From: an uncultured delta proteobacterium
GTDB taxonomy: Bacteria; Desulfobacterota; Binatia; JACPRU01
Length of the DNA stretch: 64,000 bases
Assembly (NCBI GenBank): GCA_963745025.1
Contig: CAVUWD010000018.1
Location: 64,858 to 128,857 of the forward strand
Reading direction: 5' to 3'
The position numbers were made by a program, and so were the translations under genes. Below, piece by piece: positions 10,144 to 18,812 of the stretch (its first letter is position 1; every line of letters begins with the position of its first letter). Below the pieces are notes generated by a model. The model searched no databases. It saw only the letters and a list, made by a program, of their open reading frames with translations, and was not told the origin of the DNA.

Positions 10144-10797
10144 TCACTTCCCGTCGAACTTCTCGAAGAAGAGGCACTCGTCGATCGGGCGCCGAGCGGG
10201 CCTGCCGTATTTTCCGATCGGCCAGCCGATCGGCAGCAGCGCGCAAGTCGGACAGCCCGGCGGAAGGCCGAGCCACTCGTCCACCTCCTTTCCGAACGCG
10301 AGGTGGAGCGTGGTGAGCGAGGCGCCGAGCCCGACCGCGCGGCAGGCGAGCAGCACGTTCTGGACCGCGGGGAAGAGCGCCTGAAGCTGCGGCCGACCGC
10401 GGCGGGTCCAGCCGGCGACGAACAGGTGAACCGGCGCTTCGTGGAGACGATCCGCCAGGTGGATCGCCGCCCGTATGTTGCGCCGCTTGGCTTCGGGATA
10501 CGAGGGGTCTTTCGCCGCCTCGAGCACCGGCTGAATGTAGGCGTGAAACGTCGGACGATAGCGATCGGCGACCCATCGCCTCCGTTCGGGGTCCGTCACG
10601 GCGATGAAGAACCAAGGCTGGCGGTTGCCGCCGCTCGGCGCGCAGGTTCCCGCCGCGCACACCTTGCGAATGAGCTCCCGCGGTACCGGATCGGGTCTCA
10701 GCCGCCGGATCGCGCGGGTCGTGCGGATGCCCTCGAGCAGCGGGACGTCCTCGCCGAGAGCGGCGACATCCACCATCAGGGTTTGGGGCTCACTCAT
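10144..10797 (-). CDS. Nitroreductase family protein
   Basis: TTRAIRRLRPDPVP, APSGGNRQPW, VQNVLLACRAVGLG. Confidence 0.92.
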   Translation of the reverse strand: MSEPQTLMVDVAALGEDVPLLEGIRTTRAIRRLRPDPVPRELIRKVCAAGTCAPSGGNRQPWFFIAVTDPERRRWVADRYRPTFHAYIQPVLEAAKDPSYPEAKRRNIRAAIHLADRLHEAPVHLFVAGWTRRGRPQLQALFPAVQNVLLACRAVGLGASLTTLHLAFGKEVDEWLGLPPGCPTCALLPIGWPIGKYGRPARRPIDECLFFEKFDGK

Positions 10798-10894
10798 GTC
10801 TTCGACTCGGCGCGTGCTCGAGATGGATAGCCCATTCGGCGCGCCCCGTCACCGCTCGTGTCTTCGCCTCGAATGCTTCGGAACGACGAAGAGC

Positions 10895-11058
10895 GCGGTC
10901 GGTTGTGATCGGCCCGTACTCGGGTCGATCACAACCGACCGCAACCGCGCGGAGCGCGGATGCCGATAACCCACGAGATGGTCTATTGCTCTCCGCGCTT
11001 GCGCGCGGTGGCTGGATCCTCCGGTCGACCCGAGCACGGGCCGACCGGAAGATCCAGC
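10895..11058. repeat. Three adjacent hairpins; the outer two share an inverted 20-nt core (REP/REPIN-like or structured RNA)
   Basis: 10895-10942 GCGGTCGGTTGTGATCGGCCCG-TACT-CGGGTCGATCACAACCGACCGC; 11011-11058 GCTGGATCCTCCGGTCGACCCG-AGCA-CGGGCCGACCGGAAGATCCAGC; central hairpin 10944-11009. Confidence 0.8.
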
Positions 11059-11118
11059 GCTTCAGGAATTTCCAGCGCGTGTGGCCAAGACTGAGGCAGT
11101 ACCCCGAAGCCCTGATTC

Positions 11119-11412
11119 CTAGCGCTTCCACCAGGCGGGATAGGGGCGGGCGTGCAGATGGTAGTGCTCGGGGATCTGGCGCATGTGGTCGTCGAAAAAC
11201 CATCCGCGCGGATACTTCGTGTCGGCGACCTTCCCCAGCTCACGCTCGAGAACCTCCCGTTCCGCCTGGGTGGTGGACTTGCGGTGCACGCCGAGCACGG
11301 CCATCGGCACGTCGCACGAGTCGCAATCGAGGATGACGAAACGAACGGGCTCGTCGAATTCCGCGTACCACGTCGTGGTGCGGGCCAGCTGGCAGAGCTC
11401 GCAGTCGGCCAT
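11119..11412 (-). CDS. Small HIT-like/zinc-binding protein
   Basis: MADCELC..DCDSCDVP..IPEHYHLHAR; ATG overlaps the upstream stop. Confidence 0.75.
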   Translation of the reverse strand: MADCELCQLARTTTWYAEFDEPVRFVILDCDSCDVPMAVLGVHRKSTTQAEREVLERELGKVADTKYPRGWFFDDHMRQIPEHYHLHARPYPAWWKR

Positions 11413-12206
11413 CACCTTGCGCGCTGAGTGAGCAGACGCTCGCGAAACCGCGCCAACACCCGTTCGAGGGCCTCGTGCGTCGGGTGACCGCTGCGGTCGA
11501 CCAGATCGACCGTCAACACCGAGTGCGCGCTTCGCGGGATGCCGTGGGGGTTTCCCGGGCCGGAGTCGATCTCGATCGCTTCGAAGCCGCTGCCGAGCTC
11601 CCGGCGCAACGTCTCGAAGCGCTCGCGCGGGCACATGCGATCGTGAGTGAAGCGCAGGCCGAGCACACTGACTCCCTCGCTCGCCCGCCGCTTGACGATC
11701 GCCAGCTCGGCGGGCGACAGGTCGATCGCCGCGCGATGCCAGGAGGTGAGGGGAAACGGACACGACGGCTGGCTCACCACCGGCGCCATCACGGACGGGT
11801 CGACCATCAACGCGAGCGCGTAACCGCCGGTCAGGCACATGCCGATCGCACCCACGCCCGGACCACGGCACTCGGAGTGCATCTGCCTGCAGAGCGCGCG
11901 CAGCCAGTCGGTGATCGGGCTCGATTGGCCGAGCGCGAACGTCGTGAACTCCTTGCGGATGCAGACCCACGCGACCTGCTCGAGCAGGTAGTCCGTCGAG
12001 AGCGGCTTGCCCGGCGTGCCGAACATCACCGGCAGGACCGCGGTCAGCCCCGTGGCCGCCACCCGCTGCGCGAAGGCCGCGACCTGCGGCGTGATACCGG
12101 GAACCTCGTGCATGATGATGACGGCCGGGCCGTGACCGCGGCGGTAGACTGCCCGCCTGACGCCCCGGTCCGTGAAGCTCGACTCTTCGAATCCCTCGAG
12201 GCTCAT
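11412..12206 (-). CDS. Dienelactone hydrolase family protein
   Basis: IMHEVPG, GAIGMCLTGG, AHSVLT. Confidence 0.9.
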   Translation of the reverse strand: MSLEGFEESSFTDRGVRRAVYRRGHGPAVIIMHEVPGITPQVAAFAQRVAATGLTAVLPVMFGTPGKPLSTDYLLEQVAWVCIRKEFTTFALGQSSPITDWLRALCRQMHSECRGPGVGAIGMCLTGGYALALMVDPSVMAPVVSQPSCPFPLTSWHRAAIDLSPAELAIVKRRASEGVSVLGLRFTHDRMCPRERFETLRRELGSGFEAIEIDSGPGNPHGIPRSAHSVLTVDLVDRSGHPTHEALERVLARFRERLLTQRAR

Positions 12207-12315
12207 GCGGTCCCTTCTCGTTGCGTCCCTTCCTCTTGTCGTGATCGGACGAGAGCCGCAAGTGGGTGTTCGCCGCAGGTCGACATCGCCACGGCGCGGC
12301 GCTAAGGGGGAAAAG

Positions 12316-13140
12316 ATGTCTACCGAGGCGACCAAGCGCCTTGCCGCCATCGCCAGCGCGCCGGGCGGGCGGATTCCCCTTGCCGAAGCGGCGCTGTGGA
12401 TCGCCGCCGAGGAGTACCCCGCTCTCGACGTGGAGGCGTATCTCGATCGCCTCGATGAGCTCGCCGAAAAGGCTCGTCGGCGGCTCGCTCCCTATCCCCC
12501 CGCCGAGACGATCGTGCGCTTCAATCATTTCCTGTTTCGCGAGCTCCGCTTCGCCGGGAACACCGAGAGTTACGATGACCCGCGGAACAGCTTCCTGAAC
12601 GAGGTCCTCGACCGAAGGGTCGGGATTCCGATCACGCTCGCGTTGATCTACACGGAGATCGGCGCACGGATCGGTATGCCTGTCGTGGGCGTCGGCTTTC
12701 CGGGGCACTTCCTCGTCAGGTGGATGGGCGAGCGAGAAGTTCTGATCGATCCGTTCCTCGGCAAGGTGATCACGCGCGAGCAATGCGAGGAGAAGCTGCG
12801 CTCGAGCTACGGCCCCGAAGCGCGGATGGACGACAGCCTGCTGGCGCCTGCCACGCCGCGAGAGACCTTGGCGCGAATGCTCCGCAACCTGAAGCTCAAC
12901 TATCTCGGCAGGGGGGACCTCGAGCGCGCGCTCTCGGCGGTCGACCGCATTCTCGTCGTCACACCGGACGATGCGGGCGAGCTTCGCGACCGCGGGATCC
13001 TCTACTTCCGGCTCGAGTGCTTCGCGGCGGCACTCGAGGATTTCGAGCGCTACCTGGCGCTCGCTCCGCAAGATGCGATGGCGGAGGAGATTCGCGCACG
13101 TCTGCCGGACCTTCGCCGCGAGGCGGCGCGCCTGCAGTGA
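12316..13140 (+). CDS. SirB1/transglutaminase-like TPR protein
   Basis: YDDPRNSFLNEVLDRRVGIPITL, GVGFPGHFL, RMLRNLK, ELRDRG. Confidence 0.9.
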   Translation: MSTEATKRLAAIASAPGGRIPLAEAALWIAAEEYPALDVEAYLDRLDELAEKARRRLAPYPPAETIVRFNHFLFRELRFAGNTESYDDPRNSFLNEVLDRRVGIPITLALIYTEIGARIGMPVVGVGFPGHFLVRWMGEREVLIDPFLGKVITREQCEEKLRSSYGPEARMDDSLLAPATPRETLARMLRNLKLNYLGRGDLERALSAVDRILVVTPDDAGELRDRGILYFRLECFAAALEDFERYLALAPQDAMAEEIRARLPDLRREAARLQ

Positions 13141-13547
13141 GTGATCCGGTCCGGGTAGTCGCCGGAGTCGCGGTGCGCGACGGCAACGTGCTCGTCTGCA
13201 AGCGCTCCGCCGGCAGACCGCACGCGGGGAAATGGGAGTTCCCCGGCGGCAAAGTGGGGCCGGGCGAGACGCTTGCCGAGGCGCTGCGCCGTGAGCTCCG
13301 CGAGGAGCTCGGGATCGTGGCGGAGGTCGGCGGGGAGCTCTGGCGAACGCAGCACGACTACGGCCGCGGCGAGCTCGTCGACCTTCACTTTATCACGGTC
13401 GTGGACTTCGACGGCGCGCTCGGCGGCGACGATCATTTCGCCGAGGTTCGCTGGCAAGCGCTCGATCGGCTTGCCGATCTCGATTTTCTCGAGGCGGATC
13501 TTGAGCTGGTGGGCGAGCTCGTGAAGCGCGGAGCGCTCGCGAGTTGA
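13137..13547 (+). CDS. NUDIX hydrolase (MutT/NudG-like)
   Basis: WEFPGGKVGPGETLAEALRRELREELG Nudix box. Confidence 0.92.
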   Translation: MSDPVRVVAGVAVRDGNVLVCKRSAGRPHAGKWEFPGGKVGPGETLAEALRRELREELGIVAEVGGELWRTQHDYGRGELVDLHFITVVDFDGALGGDDHFAEVRWQALDRLADLDFLEADLELVGELVKRGALAS

Positions 13548-13574
13548 TCGAGTGGCGATCGGAGAGCGCGCGGC

Positions 13575-15053
13575 TCACTCGCTGCGGCGAAACGAGTCGA
13601 GCGATACCGCGGGAAGATACAGGCCTTGTGGCGCTCGCTTCCACCAATCCCCCGTTGTGCGCCGCTCCGCGAGGCTCGTGAACGTGTACTGATAGAGCGC
13701 GGCGCGGATGTATTTGGGGGCATGGTCGGGGAACGGATCTCGCGCGAGCAGCGCCGTGACGTCCTTCGAGCCCTCGAGGAGGCGCAGCACGAAGGCGAGA
13801 AACCACGGATTCTGCTCGTAGCGGCCGAGCGCCGCGAACCACATCTGCCAGTCGAGCCGCGGCTGGTGGGGCTCGACGAACGACGGCGCTCGCGAGAGAT
13901 CACCGGCCTTCCACTTGAACTCGTACGGGCGCCATTCGCTCCGATCGTCGCTTCCCTCGACGATGATCTCGGGGCGGGTCGTCGTCATCACCGCGAAGAG
14001 GCCGTAGCCGTTGACGAGACGGAGCGGAGCCGCCACACGGCGAAACCAGAGAAGCGGCTTCGGCCAATCGAGCCCGAACGGCGAGAGCGTGAACATCTGC
14101 AGCACGCCGAGCAGGAGGACGGTGGAGGCGACGGGTGCGACGATCCATCGCGGCCACGCGATTCCGATCGACGTGCCGCCGGCGATTCTCCAGCGGCGAA
14201 TGCGCTGCGGCCACGCGGGGTCATCGAGCAGCAGCACGCAGAGCGCGATCGTCAACAGGTTGAAGAAGCAGTAGTTGCCGGTCGCGAGGATCAGCAGCTG
14301 CAGCGCGACGAACGCCGCGAACGCGAGCAGACGTGGGCCGCTCCCGCCCCAGATCAAACAAGGCGCGCCCAGCTCGATCGCGAACATCAACGCGCAGGAG
14401 ATCTCCTGGAGCCAGGCGGGCTGGAGATTCGCGTACCAGCCGATCCACGTGGGGAGAGGTTGCGTCCAGTAGTGGTACTCCAGCGCCGTCAGGTTGCGCC
14501 ACGCCGCGTCGCCGGAGAGGAGCTTCACCGCGCCGGAGCCGAACATCAGCCGGAAGAGTAGCCATCGGAAGAGCCAGACGATCGCCAAGGGCGGCGCCGC
14601 CTCGCGTGTCAGGCTCGGCCGGAGCTGGAGCGGCGCCAGGAAGATCGCGAGAAAGCCGGTCTCGAGAAGCAGGATGTCCCATTGGAAGGAGAGGAAGTCC
14701 TGGCCGATCGTCTCGAGCGAGAGGTAGGCGAGCCAAAGCCCTGCGAGGCAGGGAACGGGAGCGATGCCGGCGATGAGTAGCACCGCCAGCGCCGAGCCGG
14801 TGGCGCAGAGCGCATGCAGCATGCCATCGGTCGGATGGAGCCAGAAGAGCGTCGGCAGCCACCAGTAGCGCGACCGCCCGACGACGCCCGCCACTTCCTC
14901 GAGGTACGCACGCGCCGGCAGGATGCCGCCCGCGCCCACCAGACCGTCGACCTGTACCCAAAACGAGACGAACGCGATCAGGTAGATCGCGCCGAGAAGC
15001 CGCAGAAACAGCCAGCGGCCGAGGAGCTGTGAGGGCGCGCCCGGATCCTCTAT
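13575..15053 (-). CDS. Lipase maturation factor family protein (5' end uncertain)
   Basis: FQWDILLLETGF, HYWTQPLP, NGYGLFAVMT, HQPRLDWQMWFAAL; conserved-looking RWLFLRLLGAIYLIAF lies upstream of the first GTG (14939). Confidence 0.88.
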   Translation of the reverse strand: MEDPGAPSQLLGRWLFLRLLGAIYLIAFVSFWVQVDGLVGAGGILPARAYLEEVAGVVGRSRYWWLPTLFWLHPTDGMLHALCATGSALAVLLIAGIAPVPCLAGLWLAYLSLETIGQDFLSFQWDILLLETGFLAIFLAPLQLRPSLTREAAPPLAIVWLFRWLLFRLMFGSGAVKLLSGDAAWRNLTALEYHYWTQPLPTWIGWYANLQPAWLQEISCALMFAIELGAPCLIWGGSGPRLLAFAAFVALQLLILATGNYCFFNLLTIALCVLLLDDPAWPQRIRRWRIAGGTSIGIAWPRWIVAPVASTVLLLGVLQMFTLSPFGLDWPKPLLWFRRVAAPLRLVNGYGLFAVMTTTRPEIIVEGSDDRSEWRPYEFKWKAGDLSRAPSFVEPHQPRLDWQMWFAALGRYEQNPWFLAFVLRLLEGSKDVTALLARDPFPDHAPKYIRAALYQYTFTSLAERRTTGDWWKRAPQGLYLPAVSLDSFRRSE

Positions 15054-16201
15054 TTCAGAATCTCCTTGGCGATGGTGTTCAGCTGCATGTTCGAGGTGCC
15101 TTCGTAGATCTTGCCGATCTTCGCGTCGCGATAGAACTTCTCGACCGGGAAGTCCTTGGTGAAGCCGACGCCGCCGAAGACTTCCACCGCCATCGAGGCC
15201 ACGCGCTCGGCGACCTGCGACGAGTAGTACTTCGCCATCGCCGCTTCCTTGAGGAACGGCAGGTCGGCCTCACGCAGGCGCGCCGCGTTGTAGACCATCA
15301 AGCGCGCCGACTCGACCTCGATCGCCATGCGCGCGAGGTCGTGCTGCACCGCCTGGAAATGGGAGATCAATTGTCCGAACTGCTTTCGCTCGTTGGCATA
15401 GCTCCGCGCGGCCTCGTACGCACCGCGCGCTAGGCCGATCATCTGGGCACCGATGCCGATCCGTCCTTCGTTCAGCGTCTCGATCGCGACCTTGTAGCCT
15501 TGCCCCACCTGGCCGAGCACGTTGGCTCGTGGCACGCGGCAATCCTCGAGCAGGAGCTCGCACGTCGAGCTCGCGCGGATGCCGAGCTTGTCCTCCTTCT
15601 TGCCGACCGAGAAGCCGGGGAAGGAGCGCTCGACGAGAAACGTGGTGATGCCCCGGTAGCCCTTGGCCGGGTCCACGGTCGCGTGCAGTACGAAGAGGCC
15701 GGCCTCGGCGCCGTTGGTGATCCAGAGCTTGCGCCCGTTCAGCCGGTACGAGTCGCCGTCGAGCGTGGCGCGCGTAGCGAGCGCGAACGCGTCGCTGCCC
15801 GATCCGGCCTCGGAGAGCGCGTACGCCCCGACCGTGTCGCGCGCCAGCTTCGGCAGGTATTGCCGCTTCTGTTCATCGGTCGCCCAGCGCAGCAGCGCGT
15901 TGTTGACGAGCGTATTCTGCACGTCGACGAAAGCGCTGACCGAGGGATCGACGCGCGAGAGCTCCTCGATGGCGAGGATCGACATGAAGAACGACGCGCC
16001 GGCTCCGCCGTGCTCCTCCGGAATCTCGATCCCCATGACGCCGATGTCGAAGATCTCTTTGATCAGCGCGCGATCGAGCGAGCCGTCACGATCCATCTTC
16101 TCGACCCGCGGGCGCACCTTCTCTTCAGCGAACCCCCGCACCATCTCCTGGAACTGACACTCCTCCTCGCCGAGCGTCGTCAGCGCCTTCGTGGAGCTCA
16201 T
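15050..16201 (-). CDS. Acyl-CoA dehydrogenase (short/branched-chain type)
   Basis: YALSEAGSGSDAF, KLGIRASSTCEL, LNEGRIGIGAQ, IYEGTSNMQL. Confidence 0.95.
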   Translation of the reverse strand: MSSTKALTTLGEEECQFQEMVRGFAEEKVRPRVEKMDRDGSLDRALIKEIFDIGVMGIEIPEEHGGAGASFFMSILAIEELSRVDPSVSAFVDVQNTLVNNALLRWATDEQKRQYLPKLARDTVGAYALSEAGSGSDAFALATRATLDGDSYRLNGRKLWITNGAEAGLFVLHATVDPAKGYRGITTFLVERSFPGFSVGKKEDKLGIRASSTCELLLEDCRVPRANVLGQVGQGYKVAIETLNEGRIGIGAQMIGLARGAYEAARSYANERKQFGQLISHFQAVQHDLARMAIEVESARLMVYNAARLREADLPFLKEAAMAKYYSSQVAERVASMAVEVFGGVGFTKDFPVEKFYRDAKIGKIYEGTSNMQLNTIAKEILK

Positions 16202-16342
16202 TTCGTTCCTCTCTCCTTCTTCGGCATTCGGCTCTCGGCCATCGGCCAGGACGTCGCGGTGCCGAACGCCGACAGCCGATCGCCGATAACCTCCTATCGA
16301 ATCCGCCGCGCGCGCGCCACCGCGAGCCCGGGGCTTCGTCGG

Positions 16343-16570
16343 CTAGAGGCCGAGCAGCGCTTCGAGCTTCGGCCGATCGAAGCCGACGACCGGCTGCTCG
16401 TCGACCAGGATCACCGGCGTAGCGCGGAAGCCCATGTCGAGAAGCTCCTTCCGCGCCGCAGGATCCGTCGCGACCACTCGCTCGGTGAAGGCGATTCCTT
16501 TTTGCGAAAGAAACTCTTTCGCTTGCTTGCAGGGAGCTCAGCCGGGGTTCGTGTAGACGACGACGTTCAT
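16343..16570 (-). CDS. Glutaredoxin/NrdH-like redoxin, probable selenoprotein (U-A-P-C)
   Basis: RBS GGAGG, then MNVVVYTNPG(TGA)APCKQAKEFLSQKGIAFTERVVATDPAARKELLDMGFRATPVILVDEQPVVGFDRPKLEALLGL*; the TGA (16538-16540) occupies the first Cys position of CxxC. Confidence 0.88.
16504..16522 (-). promoter_or_regulatory. Candidate bacterial SECIS hairpin
   Basis: GCGAAAGA-GUU-UCUUUCGC begins 15 nt after the UGA, with G in the apical loop. Confidence 0.65.
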
Positions 16571-16636
16571 GACTTCCTCCCGTCTTCAGGATATGGGCGC
16601 AAACGTATAGACGGAAGGGGCACGGAGGTGACGCCA

Positions 16637-17842
16637 ATGGGACCGCTTTCGGGAATCAAGGTCGTGGAGATGGGGATCTTCGTCGCCGGCCCGGCCACCG
16701 CGGCGGTGCTCGGCGACTGGGGCGCCGACGTCGTCAAGATCGAGAACCCGGCCGGCGGCGACCCGATCCGAGCGCTCGTGTCGCTCGGCCTAGTGCCGGT
16801 CGAGCCCGACGTCAACAGCGCCCTCGAGCTCGAGAACCGCAACAAGCGAAGCGTCGCCGTCGACATCACCAAGCCCGAGGGTCGCGACGTCGTGCTCCGC
16901 CTGCTCCGCGACGCGGATGTCTTCGTGAGCAACCTCCGTGCCGGGGCGCTGGAGCGCGCCGGGCTCGCCTACGAGGACGTCAAGAACGTCAATCCGCGCA
17001 TCATCTATGCGACGCTCAGCGGCTACGGCACCCGCGGCCCCGACAAGGATCGCGCGGCCTTCGACTACGCGGCCTTCTGGGCGCGGACGGGCGCGATGGC
17101 AGCGCTCGCCGAGCCCGATCGGCCGCCGCCCACGCAACGCCCGGCGATGGGCGATCATCCAGCCGGCCTCCAGCTCGCGGGCGCGGTGTCCGCCGCGCTC
17201 TTCCACCGTGAGCGCACCGGCGAAGGCCAGGCGATCCATCTCTCGCTCTTTCAGTCGGGCCTGTGGATGATGGCGAGCGACATCGAGATCGCGCTCGTCA
17301 TGGGAGTCGGCCACTCGCCGACCGGACGGCTGGTACCGAACCCGCTGTGGAACCACTACCAGGCGAAGGACGGGAAGTGGTTCCATCTGGTGATGATCCA
17401 GGCGGATCGCTTCTGGCCGAAGTTCTGCGCGGCGATCGGGGAGCCGGAGCTCGCCGAGGACGAGCGGTACGACGGCGTCGTCAAGCGGGGACGCCACGCG
17501 CAGGCACTGATCGACAAGCTCGATCGCGTGTTCGCGACGAAGAACCGGGACGAGTGGGCCGCGATTTTCGACCGCTACGAGCTCATCTGGGCGCCCGTGC
17601 AAACCGTGCTCGAGGCGTCACGCGATCCGCAAGCGCTCGCGCTCGGGATGTACGAGACGCTGCAGCATCGGAGCGGTCGCGAGATCTCTCTGGTGCGAAC
17701 GCCGGTGGAGTTCGGGGCCACGCCCGCCACCATCCGCTGCGGCGCGCCGGAGCTCGGCGAGCATACCGAGGAGGTGCTACTCGCTCACGGCTACGGCTGG
17801 GAGGACATCGCCAATCTGCGGGAGAAGGGAGTGTTCGGGTGA
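16637..17842 (+). CDS. CaiB/BaiF family (class III) CoA-transferase
   Basis: GPLSGIKVVE, LGDWGADVVKIE, NRNKRS, APELGEHT. Confidence 0.93.
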   Translation: MGPLSGIKVVEMGIFVAGPATAAVLGDWGADVVKIENPAGGDPIRALVSLGLVPVEPDVNSALELENRNKRSVAVDITKPEGRDVVLRLLRDADVFVSNLRAGALERAGLAYEDVKNVNPRIIYATLSGYGTRGPDKDRAAFDYAAFWARTGAMAALAEPDRPPPTQRPAMGDHPAGLQLAGAVSAALFHRERTGEGQAIHLSLFQSGLWMMASDIEIALVMGVGHSPTGRLVPNPLWNHYQAKDGKWFHLVMIQADRFWPKFCAAIGEPELAEDERYDGVVKRGRHAQALIDKLDRVFATKNRDEWAAIFDRYELIWAPVQTVLEASRDPQALALGMYETLQHRSGREISLVRTPVEFGATPATIRCGAPELGEHTEEVLLAHGYGWEDIANLREKGVFG

Positions 17843-18762
17843 GCGACGGGCACGGGACTGCCCTGGTGTTCCCCGGCCAAGGCTCGCAGCGCGCCGGCAT
17901 GGCGAAGGATTTCTACGAGGAGTTTTCCGTCGCGCGCGCGGCGTTCGCCGAGGCTTCCGATGCTTGCGGCGCCGATCTCGGCGCAATTTCCTTTGGCGAC
18001 GACGAGCGGCTGAATCTGACCGAGTTCACGCAGCCCTGCATTCTCACCGCGGAGATCGCGATGCTCGCGGTGCTGCGCCAGGAGTTCGGCCTCGAAGCGC
18101 AGTGGTTCGCCGGCCACAGTCTCGGCGAGTACACGGCGCTGGTCGCCGCCGGTGTGCTCGGCCTCGGTGAGGTGGCGCGGCTCGTCCGGCGGCGCGGCGC
18201 GCTGATGCAGCAAGCCGTGCCGGCGGGACAAGGGGCCATGCTCGCGGTCATCGGCCGCGGCCTCGATCTCGGCGAGCTCCGTGCGGCGCTCGAAGGCCTC
18301 GAGGTCGATGCGGCGAACCACAATTCCTCGTCGCAGATCGTCGTCAGCGGGTCGGCGGCCGACGTCGACAAGGCGAAGGAGCGGCTCGGCGGCAGGGGAC
18401 GGCGGCTCATCCCGCTGAACGTCAGCGCCCCCTTCCACTCGCGCTTCATGCGCGAGGTCGAGCCGGCATTCGCCGCCGCGCTCGCCGCGGCGGAGCTCGA
18501 CGCGGCGAATGCTCCACTCGTCGCGTCCAACTACACGGGTACGTTTCATAGCGCCGATGCCGACGCCGTGCGTGACGCGCTCGTCAAACAGATCAGCGGT
18601 ACGGTCCGCTGGGTCGACAACATGCGCGCGATCGCCGAGCGCGCGCCGCGAATCCTCGAGATCGGCCCCGGCAAGCCGCTCTCGGGGTTCTTCAAGGACG
18701 TCGGCGTGACGGTGCCGGCGATCACGGATCTCAGCGGCGCGCGGCAGACCCTAGGGCGGTAG
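17839..18762 (+). CDS. fabD: Malonyl-CoA:ACP transacylase
   Basis: FPGQGSQ, TQPCI, AGHSLGEY, VSAPFHS. Confidence 0.93.
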   Translation: MSDGHGTALVFPGQGSQRAGMAKDFYEEFSVARAAFAEASDACGADLGAISFGDDERLNLTEFTQPCILTAEIAMLAVLRQEFGLEAQWFAGHSLGEYTALVAAGVLGLGEVARLVRRRGALMQQAVPAGQGAMLAVIGRGLDLGELRAALEGLEVDAANHNSSSQIVVSGSAADVDKAKERLGGRGRRLIPLNVSAPFHSRFMREVEPAFAAALAAAELDAANAPLVASNYTGTFHSADADAVRDALVKQISGTVRWVDNMRAIAERAPRILEIGPGKPLSGFFKDVGVTVPAITDLSGARQTLGR

Positions 18763-18812
18763 GATGCTCGGCCGGAGCGACGGACACGAACGGTGACGCA
18801 GGAGAAGGGCTC

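Noticed and set aside
11119-13071. 650-aa minus-strand ORF
   Set aside because: Only the last 97 aa look real; the rest overlaps the dienelactone hydrolase and SirB1 genes in other frames or strands
16225-16290. Heptamer-like repeats (TCGGCxx / GCCGAxx) forming an imperfect hairpin
   Set aside because: Short and low-complexity; possibly a REP-like or terminator structure, but no specific support
15500-16636. N-terminal extension of the 780-aa ORF
   Set aside because: Antisense to the acyl-CoA dehydrogenase and the Sec glutaredoxin; the CoA-transferase starts at ~16637
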